DNA of 62,141 nucleotides from Omnitrophica bacterium GWA2_41_15 (GCA_919902445.1 CAKKQZ010000060.1:1-62141); one strand, 5' to 3'; shown: positions 9,650 to 19,689, numbered from the stretch's first letter. The notes: a model not told the origin generated them from the letters alone. Made by a program: numbers and translations.

Positions 9650-9666
9650 AAGAAAGGTTAAAAGCA

Positions 9667-10914
9667 ATGCCGAGAATCGCGATAGTTGATGGGATAAGGA
9701 CGCCTTTTGCAAAGGCATGGACGGATTTCTGGGATATCCCGGCGCAGGAATTAGGAAGGATCGCGGTAAGGGAATTATTGGAGAGGAGTGCGCTTGAGCC
9801 AAAATTAATTGATGAGGTGATATTTGGGGCAGTGGCGCAGCCGGTTGAAGCGGCTAACGTCGCAAGGGTGATTTCTCTTTTAGCCGGAATCCCAAAAGAA
9901 AAGCGCGCCTACACTATATCGCGTAACTGCGCTTCGGGTTTTGAGTCAGTTACAAGCGCCGCGGAAAAAATAAATACCGGCCTTGATGAAATTGTGATTG
10001 CAGGGGGCGCTGAGTCTATGTCTAATATCCCGCTGCTTTACCGCAAAGATACCGCTAAGATATTTATGAAGATTAGCAGGGCAAAAAGCCCGCTTGAAAG
10101 ATTAAACTTGTTTTTAACTTTTCGGCCCAGCCATTTTTTAAAACCGGATATCGGCCTGCAATTCGGTTTAACTGACCCTGTCTGCGGTTTAAATATGGGC
10201 CAGACCGCGGAAGTATTGGCAAAAGAATTCGGAATTACCAAGATAGAGCAGGACGAGTTTGCTTTAATAAGCCACAAACGCGCATTGGCAGCCAGAGAGA
10301 AATTAAAAGAAGAAATTATTCCCGTGCCGGTTCCTCCTGAATATAAGAAATTCCTTGAGCGTGATAATGGCGTGCGCGAGAATATCACTATGGAAGACCT
10401 TGCTAAACTAAAGCCATATTTCGACAGATATTCCGGAACGGTAACAGTGGGTAATTCATGCCAGGTTAGCGATGGCGCCTGCGCGCTTTTAGTTATGAGG
10501 GAAGAAAAGGCAAAAGAATTAGGATTTACTCCTTTAGGGTATTTACGCGCCTATGCATATGTCGGTGTTGAGCCGCATAGGATGGGGATAGGCCCTGCTT
10601 TTGCTATCCCGGAAGTCCTGGAAAAAGCAAAACTTAAATTAAGCGAAATAGAGCTGATAGAAATAAATGAGGCATTCGCCGCGCAGGTAATTTCAGTTGA
10701 GAGGCAGCTTGAAACCAATAATATCGGAAAAATAAACAGGGATATACTCAATGTCAATGGAGGGGCAATCGCGCTTGGCCATCCTGTAGGCTCAACAGGG
10801 AGTAGGTTAATCCTCACGCTTCTTAAGGAGATGAAAAGAAGAAATCTTCATTTAGGTTTAGCTTCACTATGCGTGGGCGGCGGGCAGGGGGCGGCATTGG
10901 TTTTAGAGAGATAA
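9667..10914 (+). CDS. acetyl-CoA C-acyltransferase (thiolase)
   Basis: SRNCASGFES (active-site Cys), NVNGGAIALGHPVGSTG, CVGGGQG. Confidence 0.9.
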   Translation: MPRIAIVDGIRTPFAKAWTDFWDIPAQELGRIAVRELLERSALEPKLIDEVIFGAVAQPVEAANVARVISLLAGIPKEKRAYTISRNCASGFESVTSAAEKINTGLDEIVIAGGAESMSNIPLLYRKDTAKIFMKISRAKSPLERLNLFLTFRPSHFLKPDIGLQFGLTDPVCGLNMGQTAEVLAKEFGITKIEQDEFALISHKRALAAREKLKEEIIPVPVPPEYKKFLERDNGVRENITMEDLAKLKPYFDRYSGTVTVGNSCQVSDGACALLVMREEKAKELGFTPLGYLRAYAYVGVEPHRMGIGPAFAIPEVLEKAKLKLSEIELIEINEAFAAQVISVERQLETNNIGKINRDILNVNGGAIALGHPVGSTGSRLILTLLKEMKRRNLHLGLASLCVGGGQGAALVLER

Positions 10915-10916
10915 AG

Positions 10917-13013
10917 ATGAATTTAAAGTTAAGAATAGAAAATGAATTTGCGATAATAGAATTTGACCAGCCGGATTCCAAGGCGAATGTCTTGTCCCAA
11001 GCAAGCATGACGGAATTGCAGGAGATAATTCTTAAGCTAAATGCAAGAAATGATTTGAGGGGAGTTTGTATTTTAAGCAATAAACAGGATATCTTTATTG
11101 CCGGAGCGGATATAAAGGAGATTGAAAATATAACTACTGTTTCTGAGGCAATGGCAAAGGCGCAAGGGGGCCAGAAGATTCTGAATTCACTGGAAGGGCT
11201 TTCTATACCAACCATTGCCTTAATCAACGGAGCTTGTTTAGGCGGCGGTTTGGAATTGGCATTGGCGTGCGATTACCGCATCGCTGTTTTCGGCCATAAG
11301 GTAAAGATAGGCTTGCCCGAGGTAAAATTAGGGATAATCCCGGGGTTTGGCGGAACTAAGCGGCTTCCGCGGCTTATTGGTTTACGCAAAGGTTTAGAGC
11401 TTATACTCTCCGGTGAAGCCATATCCGCTAATGAGGCATTAAAGATTGGTTTAGTTGACGGTTTAACGGCCCAGAATAGGCTGCTTATCGAAGGAATGCA
11501 ATTCTTAAAGAAGAATAATTGCAAGCGCAAAGTTTATAAACCGAAACTTAAAGGTGGGTTTAATATTTTCTTAGATAAAACTTATCTTGGCCGCGCTATC
11601 TTAAAAAGCCGGACTAAAAAATTCGTCTTAAAAACTACCAAAGGGCATTACCCCGCTCCTTTAAAGGCGCTTGAGGTAGTTGCTAAAAATTACTCTTCTT
11701 CTAAAGAATTAGCCCTGTTAAGAGAGGCAAGAGTTTTCGGCGAATTGGCCATTGGAGCCATATCAAAGAATTTAATCTCTGTTTTTTACTTAGTTGAAAA
11801 ATATAAAAAGCAAAAGTGGGTAGAGGCCGAGCCGCGCCGGATACATAAGTGCGGGATATTAGGCGCAGGCGTTATGGGAGGAGGGATTGCCCAACTTTTC
11901 AGTTTTTACGGGCTGCCTGTGCGCATGAAGGATTTGAATTATCAGGCGCTCGGCTGCGCCTTAAGGCAGGCAAGAGAAGTTTATGAATATGCGGTTAAGA
12001 AGAAAAAGATAAGGCCTAATCAGGCGGTTGTCGGTGAGGGGTTGATTTCAACAACTACCGATTACAGCGGTTTTTCTAACGCGGATTTGATTGTTGAAGC
12101 AGTGGTTGAGGATATGAAGATAAAGAAATCCGTGTGGAAAGAGGTAGATGTTTTTACAAAGCCGGATGCAATATTTGCTTCTAATACATCCTGTTTATCT
12201 GTCAGTGAAATGACTGAAGGAGTAAAAAATAAATCGCAGGTTATCGGCATGCACTTTTTTAATCCTGTCCACCGCATGCCATTAGTCGAAGTTATACGCG
12301 CTAATGGGACAAGCGATGAAACTGTCGCAACAATAGTCGAATTCTCCAGGAAAATAGGAAAGACTCCTATTGTGGTAAAAGATTCCTGCGGATTTATGGT
12401 TAACAGGATTCTGCTTCCGTATCTGAATGAAGCGGGGTTCATGCTGGATGAAGGAATAAATTTTGAGAGGATTGATTCAATTTGTTTAAAATTTGGTATG
12501 CCGATGGGCCCTTTCAGTTTGGTAGATGAGATTGGTTTGGATGTGGGTTATAAAGTGGCTTTGATATTAGAAGAAAATTTTGGCGTTAGAATGAAAGTGG
12601 CTGAAATCTTAAAAAAGGCCTATGCTCAAAAATGGCTCGGAAAAAAGTGCGGAAAGGGTTTTTATATTCATAAAGGGAAAACCAAATTTCCTAATAAAGA
12701 AATTTATAATTTAACGCTCAGGCAGAAATCAAATGTATCTGACGAAGATATTTTAAAGCGCATGCTTTACAGGATGGTTAATGAGGCGGCGCTTTGCCTT
12801 CAGGAAAAAGTTTGCGCGCAGGCATCTGATGTAGATATAGGTCTGATTATGGGTATAGGCTTTCCGCCTTTTAGGGGAGGGCTCCTGCATTACGCGAATT
12901 CTGTAGGGTGCGATAAAATTAGAGGTGATTTAGAAAAATTTGCGCAACGTTTTAGTAATGACCGCTTTGCGCCTTGTGATTATTTAAAAAAACAGGGACG
13001 TTTCTTAACTTAG
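10917..13013 (+). CDS. bifunctional enoyl-CoA hydratase / 3-hydroxyacyl-CoA dehydrogenase (FadB/FadJ type)
   Basis: Crotonase part (FIAGADI, GGGLELALACD) followed by a Rossmann fold (GILGAGVMGGGIAQ). Start moved to ATG 10917 (MNLKLRIENEF), 3 nt after the thiolase stop. Confidence 0.9.
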   Translation: MNLKLRIENEFAIIEFDQPDSKANVLSQASMTELQEIILKLNARNDLRGVCILSNKQDIFIAGADIKEIENITTVSEAMAKAQGGQKILNSLEGLSIPTIALINGACLGGGLELALACDYRIAVFGHKVKIGLPEVKLGIIPGFGGTKRLPRLIGLRKGLELILSGEAISANEALKIGLVDGLTAQNRLLIEGMQFLKKNNCKRKVYKPKLKGGFNIFLDKTYLGRAILKSRTKKFVLKTTKGHYPAPLKALEVVAKNYSSSKELALLREARVFGELAIGAISKNLISVFYLVEKYKKQKWVEAEPRRIHKCGILGAGVMGGGIAQLFSFYGLPVRMKDLNYQALGCALRQAREVYEYAVKKKKIRPNQAVVGEGLISTTTDYSGFSNADLIVEAVVEDMKIKKSVWKEVDVFTKPDAIFASNTSCLSVSEMTEGVKNKSQVIGMHFFNPVHRMPLVEVIRANGTSDETVATIVEFSRKIGKTPIVVKDSCGFMVNRILLPYLNEAGFMLDEGINFERIDSICLKFGMPMGPFSLVDEIGLDVGYKVALILEENFGVRMKVAEILKKAYAQKWLGKKCGKGFYIHKGKTKFPNKEIYNLTLRQKSNVSDEDILKRMLYRMVNEAALCLQEKVCAQASDVDIGLIMGIGFPPFRGGLLHYANSVGCDKIRGDLEKFAQRFSNDRFAPCDYLKKQGRFLT

Positions 13014-13068
13014 CTATAAGGTGTCCCCATGGCGGGGACACCTTATATTCAGCTTAAGAAACGTCCCT
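12994..13068. repeat. 75-nt imperfect palindrome (REPIN-like) spanning the fadB-like stop codon
   Basis: 35-nt arms at 12994-13028 and 13034-13068 match at 15+13 positions around a 7-nt bubble. Outer arm is AGGGACGTTTCTT, inner arm is ATAAGGTGTCCCC. Confidence 0.7.
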
Positions 13069-13079
13069 ATGGAGAAGAT

Positions 13080-14945
13080 ATGGAGATGTATGATAAAAAG
13101 ATGAGCCATGAAAAAAAGGCGGCATTGGAATTGGCAGAGGCAAGCAGGCAGGCGGAATGGCTATATCCAAGTTTTGTGCGCGAGATTTTTCACGGCAAAT
13201 TATTCTGGAACCTGATTCATCCTTTTCCCCAGCAATCCCTTGAAGATAGGAAGATCGGCACGGAATATTCAGAAAAACTAAAAAGTTTTTTGTTAAATAA
13301 TCTTGACCCTGATCAGGTGGATAAGACCGGTGAAATACCTGATGAAGTTATCAAGGGTCTTAAGGATTTAGGCGCATTCGCCATGAAGATTTCACCCGAA
13401 TATGACGGGCTGGGGTTAAGCCAGGTCAATTACAACCGGGCAATTCATATGGTGGCAAGTTACTGCGGTTCTACCGCTGTTTTATTATCAGCTCATCAAA
13501 GTATAGGCGTTCCTTATCCGTTGAGCATTTTCGGGACCGAGGAGCAAAAAAGAAAATACCTTCCGCGGTTTAGAAAAGGCGCTATTTCCGGATTTGCCTT
13601 AACCGAGCCGGGCGCAGGCTCAGACCCTCACACTATGAAGACAATAGCTACGCCCGTTGAAGACGGAAAACATTATCTCATTAACGGAGAAAAATTATGG
13701 ATTTCAAACGGTAATATCGCGGATATTCTGGTAGTAATGTGCCTTACGCCTCCTAAAATAGAAAGAGGCAGAGAAAAAAAGCAGATTACCGCTTTTATTG
13801 TTGAAACAAATACTCCGGGATTCCAGGCAGCATACCGCTGCAGCTTTATGGGGCTTAACGGGGTAAAGTTAGGGCTTTTGAAGTTTAATAATGTCAAGGT
13901 TTCAAAAGAAAATATTCTCTTAGGCGAAGGCCAGGGTTTAAAATTAGCATTAGTTACTTTAAATACAGGCCGCCTTACCGTTCCTGCGGCAGTAACCGGA
14001 ATGAGCAAGTGGTGTATATCCGTAGCGCGCAAATGGGCGAAAGAAAGGAAACAGTGGGGAGCGCCGATAGGTGAGCACCAGGTAATAGCCACTAAGCTAG
14101 CGTCAATAACCTCATCCACATTTGCCATGGATGCAGTAACCTGGTTGACTTCTCATATGGCCGATGCAAAAAAACTGGATATAAGGCTTGAAGCGGCAAT
14201 GGCAAAGCTTTTTTGCACTGAGGCAAGCTGGAAGGTAATAGATGATACCTTTCAGATACGCGGAGGAAGGGGTTTTGAAACAGCCCTTTCTCTTAAAGGA
14301 AGGGGTGAGCCTGGGTATGCTGTTGAGCGTGCTTTCAGGGATTGCCGCGTAAACTTAATCATTGAAGGCACAAGCCAGATTATGCGGCTTTTTATCGCGC
14401 GTGAAGCATTAGATCCTCATTTAAAAAGAATTATGTCCATATTAAACCCCAGAGTTCCTATCCTAAAGAGAATAAAATCCGTTTTTTCAGCCGGGTTATA
14501 TTATATGTTTTGGTATCCGGGTTTATGGCTTCCAACCCTTGGTTTAAGAGGGGAGAAAGATTTACCGGTCCGGTTAAAAAAACATGTAAAATTCATACGT
14601 TGTAAGAGCAAACACTTAGCTAGGGAGATATTTTTAAAGATGATAATATACCAGCAGCGGCTGGAAGCAAAACAGAATATCTTAGCGCGCTTTGTGGATA
14701 TCGGCACCGATTTATTCGTTATGGCTTCAGCCTGCTCTTATGCCGCAAGCCTTGTTAACAAAAAAGATAACGCATACGGAAAAACTCCGGTTGAGTTGGC
14801 AGACCTTTTCTGCCGCGAGGCAAGGGCGCGCGTTACCAGGAATTTTCAGGATGTATGCAGGAATAACGACAAAATATCTACCGAAATCGGCAAAAAAATG
14901 CTTGGCAGCGAATATGAATGGTTAGAGAATGAAATCATCAAATAA
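13080..14945 (+). CDS. long acyl-CoA dehydrogenase (FadE-like)
   Basis: ACAD motifs (GFALTEPGAGSD, QIRGGRGF) plus a C-terminal extension. Start set at ATG 13080 after GGAGA, because the track start 13029 lies inside the palindrome. Confidence 0.85.
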   Translation: MEMYDKKMSHEKKAALELAEASRQAEWLYPSFVREIFHGKLFWNLIHPFPQQSLEDRKIGTEYSEKLKSFLLNNLDPDQVDKTGEIPDEVIKGLKDLGAFAMKISPEYDGLGLSQVNYNRAIHMVASYCGSTAVLLSAHQSIGVPYPLSIFGTEEQKRKYLPRFRKGAISGFALTEPGAGSDPHTMKTIATPVEDGKHYLINGEKLWISNGNIADILVVMCLTPPKIERGREKKQITAFIVETNTPGFQAAYRCSFMGLNGVKLGLLKFNNVKVSKENILLGEGQGLKLALVTLNTGRLTVPAAVTGMSKWCISVARKWAKERKQWGAPIGEHQVIATKLASITSSTFAMDAVTWLTSHMADAKKLDIRLEAAMAKLFCTEASWKVIDDTFQIRGGRGFETALSLKGRGEPGYAVERAFRDCRVNLIIEGTSQIMRLFIAREALDPHLKRIMSILNPRVPILKRIKSVFSAGLYYMFWYPGLWLPTLGLRGEKDLPVRLKKHVKFIRCKSKHLAREIFLKMIIYQQRLEAKQNILARFVDIGTDLFVMASACSYAASLVNKKDNAYGKTPVELADLFCREARARVTRNFQDVCRNNDKISTEIGKKMLGSEYEWLENEIIK

Positions 14946-16968
14946 CGATTACCCATTTTTTTCCCGGCAAGACCCGGACAGGTCCTTTATCGTCAATTAC
15001 GCCCCTATCTTTGCGCATCTTGATACTCTGGCCAAGAATATAATTATAGAAAAAAGTAAGGTAGTCGAGTATAAAAAAGGGGATATCGTCTATAAAAAGG
15101 GAGACCCTCCGGATGCATTTTATTGCCTGATAACGGGGAGGGTGAGGGTTTTTAATTATGGGGTTGAGAAAAAGAATACACTTGAGTATTTAAACTGCGG
15201 AAAATATTTTGGTATGATTTCAGTGTTAACTGGCGAACCGCATTCTGTTAGCGCAGAGGCAGTTAATGACTCAAAAATCTTAAGGATAAACAAAGAGGAT
15301 TTTAAGGAGATTCTGGATAGAATACCGAAATTGGCTATCGATTTAAGCAAAACGCTCTCGCGCCGCCTGAGAAAGAAGGATATAGATGAAAAAAAGATTT
15401 TTGAAAGCAGCATAATATCTATTTTTAGCGCAGTCCCGGAAGTCGGCCGCACGGCATACGCGGTTAACCTTGCGCATAGCTTGAAGAAAGAAACCGGCAG
15501 GAATGTTATCCTGATAAATGTACGCGAAAGCAAAAGTGAAGTAAGTGAGTCCCTGAACTTACTAGGGGCACATTTTCTTACAGACAGCGCAATAAAAGCG
15601 GCAATACCTAAAGACCAGTATAGGGATTTAAGTTTTTTAAATCTTAAGCATGAGAGCGAACACAGCGCGTATTTTAATAATCTTAATGCGCTTCTTACGT
15701 ATCTAACCGGAGAATACCATTTCATAATTGTTGACCTTCCGGTTTTAAAGGACCAGTGTATTTTTCAGATACTGAACCAGTCGGATAGCATCCATATCAT
15801 AACGGATTATGATATTTATAACCTGCAACAAACCAGATTCCTGATATCAGAACTTTTCCAGAAAGTCAATTACCCGCAGGATAAAATTAAGGTCATTACG
15901 AATGCGGGAAAGCATGGTAATACACGCGAGTACGATAAAGTATTCAGGTATTTGGATTACAGGGTATACGCAACACTCCCCACAGTTTCTATCTTAAGCG
16001 CAAATATAGTTTTAGAATCTCCGGAAACAGAATACTCAAAAGCAATCAGAAGAATAGCCAGAGAAGTTGGGGATGTGCGAGTTGGCCTTGCTTTAAGCGG
16101 CGGGGCGGCTTTCGGCATTGCGCATATGGGGGTAATAAAGGCTTTAGAAAAAGAGAATATAACGGTTGATATGGTTGTGGGTTCCAGCATCGGCGCTTTG
16201 GTCGGCGCTTTATGGGCAGCGGGATTAAATAGCAAAGAATTAGAAAAAATCGGCATGTGGCTTAATAATAATAAAAAAAGGGTATTCCGACTTCTGGTTG
16301 ACCCGTGTTTTCCTAAACTGTCTCTTGCCAAAGGAAGAGGGATAAGAAAGTTCTTAGAGAAGTATCTGGGCAATAAGACATTTCAGGATGTAAAATTCCC
16401 GTTTAAAATAGTTGCCTGCAACTTAAGCAAAAGGCAGGAGGTAATTTATGATTCAGGCAAGCTCCTTGATGCGGTTATGGCAAGTATCGCGATCCCCGGG
16501 GTTTTTGCTCCCGTAAAAAAAGAGGGTGAACTTATTATTGACGGAGGCATCGTAGAGCCTGTTCCTGTCGGAGCAATGGTCAGGATGGGGATAAAGAAAT
16601 TAATCGCGGTAAATGTTTTCCCCAGCCCCGAAGACATTGCCCATACCTGCGAGTTTAACAAAAAGCGCGCGGATGAGGAAAAGAAAAAGTGCGCAGCAAA
16701 AGGTTTTTTTGCTAAAATAATCTATAGTTTAGGTGCCCGGCTTAATAAGATGTTCTTCCCGAACATAATGGATGTTATTGTCAATAGTATCCAGGCACTG
16801 GAGTATGTGGTAGCGGAAAGCAATTGCCGGAGCGCGGATATAGTTTTAAGGCCTATTGTAACAGGGGTGGACTGGTTTGAATTTTTTAAGTCTGAGGAAA
16901 TGATTAAAAAAGGCGAGGAAGAAACCCTTAAGTTGCTTCCGGCAATAAAAACACTCATAAGCGAATAA
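14929..16968 (+). CDS. three-domain protein: cNMP-binding + degenerate MinD/ParA-like + patatin-like phospholipase
   Basis: CAP-type cNMP domain (YKKGDPPDAFYCLITGRVRV). Middle domain SAVPEVGRTAYAVNLA is a Walker A lacking Lys. Patatin motifs GLALSGGAAFG and GSSIGA, with DGG near VPV. Confidence 0.8.
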   Translation: MKSSNNDYPFFSRQDPDRSFIVNYAPIFAHLDTLAKNIIIEKSKVVEYKKGDIVYKKGDPPDAFYCLITGRVRVFNYGVEKKNTLEYLNCGKYFGMISVLTGEPHSVSAEAVNDSKILRINKEDFKEILDRIPKLAIDLSKTLSRRLRKKDIDEKKIFESSIISIFSAVPEVGRTAYAVNLAHSLKKETGRNVILINVRESKSEVSESLNLLGAHFLTDSAIKAAIPKDQYRDLSFLNLKHESEHSAYFNNLNALLTYLTGEYHFIIVDLPVLKDQCIFQILNQSDSIHIITDYDIYNLQQTRFLISELFQKVNYPQDKIKVITNAGKHGNTREYDKVFRYLDYRVYATLPTVSILSANIVLESPETEYSKAIRRIAREVGDVRVGLALSGGAAFGIAHMGVIKALEKENITVDMVVGSSIGALVGALWAAGLNSKELEKIGMWLNNNKKRVFRLLVDPCFPKLSLAKGRGIRKFLEKYLGNKTFQDVKFPFKIVACNLSKRQEVIYDSGKLLDAVMASIAIPGVFAPVKKEGELIIDGGIVEPVPVGAMVRMGIKKLIAVNVFPSPEDIAHTCEFNKKRADEEKKKCAAKGFFAKIIYSLGARLNKMFFPNIMDVIVNSIQALEYVVAESNCRSADIVLRPIVTGVDWFEFFKSEEMIKKGEEETLKLLPAIKTLISE

Positions 16969-16969
16969 A

Positions 16970-18937
16970 ATGAAGATAAAGACAGCGAAGAAAAAAATCC
17001 TGCGAAAAATCAGTTATATTAACTTATATCAGCCCGGTTTATTTCAGGACTTGATGAATAATACCACTGACGTGATTTATTTTAAGGATAAAGAGGGGAG
17101 ATTGATACTTGTTAACAGCGCGCACGCAAAATGCCTTGGGCTTACGCCCGAGCAGGTAGTCGGAAAAACTGATTTCGATATATTTGGCAGGGAGCGCGCA
17201 AAAAAGATGATCGAGGATGACCTGAGGGTAATAAAAACAGGAAAGCCTATCATTGATAAGGTAGAAAGGGGCACGCGCGCAGACGGGGTTGATAATTATG
17301 TTTCTACCACCAAGGTGCCAAGATATGACAAAAAGGGAAACATCATCGGGCTCATCGGCATTACGCGGGATATCACCAAACGTATGCAGCTTGAGCGCCT
17401 TAAGAATGAAAAGGCGCGTATCGAGAAAAAACTCGAGGCATTGCAGGAACTGAATAAATTAAAATCAGAGTTTATCTCAATCGTCTCTCACGAATTAAGG
17501 ACTCCGCTTGCAATAGTAAAAGAAGCGGTGCATCTTATTTCAGATGAGGTTCCGGGCCCGATTAACCTAAAACAGCGGGGTGTCCTTGAGAAAGCTCACA
17601 GTAATATTCAGCGGCTAAAAAAGCTGATTGACGACCTGCTGGATATTTCGCGCATAGAAGGAGCGCGACTCAAACTGCATTATTCTCTAGTTAATTTAAA
17701 TGACCTTTTGGATGAGTCAGATGATTTCTTCAAAAATTCCGCGCGTGAAAAAGGGGTTGATTTAAGCTATTCTTTACCTAAGAAGCAAGCCAATATCTTT
17801 ATTGATGCCGAGAGGATAAATCAGGTTATTTCCAACCTCATAAACAACGCCATAAAGTTTACTGAACAGGGAGGAAAAATCAGGGTCGAAGTCAAGGTAA
17901 TGGAAAATAAAGTAAGGGTAGGCGTTATAGATACCGGTATAGGAATATCCAGGCAGGATCTTAGTAAATTATTCCATAAATTTACTCAAGTTTCGGAAAA
18001 TGCCGAGGCGCAGAGGCAGGGGCTGGGTTTAGGTATTTATATTGCCAAGGAACTCATTGAGATGCACGGAGGAGAGATATGGGTAGAATCAAAATTTGGG
18101 GTGGGGAGTAAATTTTACTTCACCCTTCCGAGGTTCTATTCAAAGAACCTTTTAGATAAACATGTCAGAGAGCAGCTCAATGGCCTTTTAAGTACGGGTG
18201 TTTCTGTTTATCTTATCAACGTATTAATCGTTAACTTCACCAGGCTAAGAAAACAACTTAGATTGAAACCGCTAAAGTTTTTTGAAGAGTTAAAACACCT
18301 TATAAATCAAATAGTTGTGAATTTTAAGACTGCGCATAAAGAAAAGCCGCAGGTTTTATTGGTGAATATGGAAAACGCGGAAATAAGCCTTCTTTTCCCT
18401 AGGGCCAGCGAAAAAGAAGCCACGAGGCTATGCACCTTGGTTAAGGATGAAGTAAACAAATTCCTTAAAGAGAATAAAATAGATGGCATTTTTGTAAATT
18501 TAGCGGTCCTTTCTTATTCGCCGCAGGGTGAACCTATGACTAGTAAGGAACTCTTGGCGAATTTTAATATCAAGAAACTTTATATCGGCTCAGAGGTGCG
18601 CCGCCATAAAAGGATTAGTTACTCCTGCGAGATAGAAATATTGCATGAGGGCGGAAAAAAAGAATCCGCTCAAACTGTAGATATCTCAATAGGAGGCATC
18701 TGTTTTATGAGCAGGGAGCCGCTTGAGACCGACTCACGGATACGTATAAAGATGAAGCTTCCTGAGGAGGTAAAATCGCTGGTTATGCAAGGCAGGATCG
18801 CCTGGATAAAAAACATTATTGAGGATCTTACCGGAAAGAGGGCCATTAAGTACAAAATAGGTCTTGAGTTCACTGCCCTAGAAGGTAAAACCAAAAGAAT
18901 CCTCTCCAGATTTTTAAAGTATATATCAATAAAATAA
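16970..18937 (+). CDS. PAS sensor histidine kinase with C-terminal degenerate GGDEF-like and PilZ domains
   Basis: PAS, HisKA (SHELRTPL), HATPase (GLGLGIYIAKELIEMHGG). NMENAEISLLFP sits where GGDEF-AVLLP would be. PilZ motifs RRHKR and DISIGG. Confidence 0.8.
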   Translation: MKIKTAKKKILRKISYINLYQPGLFQDLMNNTTDVIYFKDKEGRLILVNSAHAKCLGLTPEQVVGKTDFDIFGRERAKKMIEDDLRVIKTGKPIIDKVERGTRADGVDNYVSTTKVPRYDKKGNIIGLIGITRDITKRMQLERLKNEKARIEKKLEALQELNKLKSEFISIVSHELRTPLAIVKEAVHLISDEVPGPINLKQRGVLEKAHSNIQRLKKLIDDLLDISRIEGARLKLHYSLVNLNDLLDESDDFFKNSAREKGVDLSYSLPKKQANIFIDAERINQVISNLINNAIKFTEQGGKIRVEVKVMENKVRVGVIDTGIGISRQDLSKLFHKFTQVSENAEAQRQGLGLGIYIAKELIEMHGGEIWVESKFGVGSKFYFTLPRFYSKNLLDKHVREQLNGLLSTGVSVYLINVLIVNFTRLRKQLRLKPLKFFEELKHLINQIVVNFKTAHKEKPQVLLVNMENAEISLLFPRASEKEATRLCTLVKDEVNKFLKENKIDGIFVNLAVLSYSPQGEPMTSKELLANFNIKKLYIGSEVRRHKRISYSCEIEILHEGGKKESAQTVDISIGGICFMSREPLETDSRIRIKMKLPEEVKSLVMQGRIAWIKNIIEDLTGKRAIKYKIGLEFTALEGKTKRILSRFLKYISIK

Positions 18938-19085
18938 TTCTGCCCCGCTTAATGAGCCAAAATCATCTTGCAATAAACTTTAGTTTAGTATAGAACATAA
19001 TTGTTATTGATAAGTATTATACAGGGTAAGTTATTATTGTATAACAATACTACTATAGTTATACAATCGAGTCAGGGAGAAAGTT

Positions 19086-19283
19086 GTGCTAGCTAAAAAT
19101 CTAAAGAAATACCGCAAAAAACTTAAACTAACTCAGGAAGGATTAGCCAGAAAAGCGAATATTTCATATAATACGGTAATAAAGTTAGAATCAAGGGGAA
19201 TCACTGATCCAAGAATGAATACTTTGAGAAAACTGGCTGTTGCTCTTGGCGTGAGCATTGATGGCCTTGTGGGGAAGGCCTGA
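19086..19283 (+). CDS. XRE-family HTH regulator
   Basis: LKKYRKKLKLTQEGLARKANISYNTVIKLE. GTG start after GGGAGA. Confidence 0.8.
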   Translation: MLAKNLKKYRKKLKLTQEGLARKANISYNTVIKLESRGITDPRMNTLRKLAVALGVSIDGLVGKA

Positions 19284-19298
19284 TCAGGGAGGTAGCGA

Positions 19299-19582
19299 AT
19301 GTCGCCACAGCAAAAAGCAATTAGAGTTTTACGCAGAGGAATTCCTTATTTAAAAGAGAATTACGGCGTGAAAAAAAAATAGCGCTGTTCGGTTCATTTG
19401 TGAAGGGTAAATATACTAAGACAAGCGATATTGATATGGTAGTAGAATTCATTAGGCCAATCGGCCTTAGGTTTATGGATTTGGCAGAATACCTTGAGAA
19501 AAGATTAGGCAGGAAAACTGATATCTTGACTGCCGACGGCATAAAAAGCATAAGAATTAAGAAAGGTTGCCCAGGATATTAA
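19299..19582 (+). pseudogene. frameshifted MNT nucleotidyltransferase, paralogue of 798-1100
   Basis: The first ~80 nt are nearly identical to 798-880, but the A7 run there is A9 here, giving TAG in frame. The rest continues in another frame (GKYTKTSDIDMVV), and a further shift occurs near the 3' end. Confidence 0.7.
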
Positions 19583-19596
19583 AAGGAGCCCGCTCT

Positions 19597-19689
19597 ATGT
19601 CTAAGAGACAGGATTTTGAGCTGCTTTGCGACATAAAAGAAGCTGTCAAAAGGATATCTACTTATATTGGTGAGTTAAGCTATTCTTGA
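19597..19689 (+). pseudogene. truncated HEPN (DUF86) remnant
   Basis: MSKRQDFELLCDIKEAVKRI matches MSKRGDIEFLSDIKEAIKRI of hepT at 1093, but stops after 30 codons where the promoter of the next gene begins. Confidence 0.6.

Noticed and set aside
13029-13079. Upstream start codon of the acyl-CoA dehydrogenase ORF (MAGTPYIQLKKRPYGED)
   Set aside because: These codons are the loop and right arm of the 75-nt palindrome. ATG 13080 has a GGAGA site at proper spacing.
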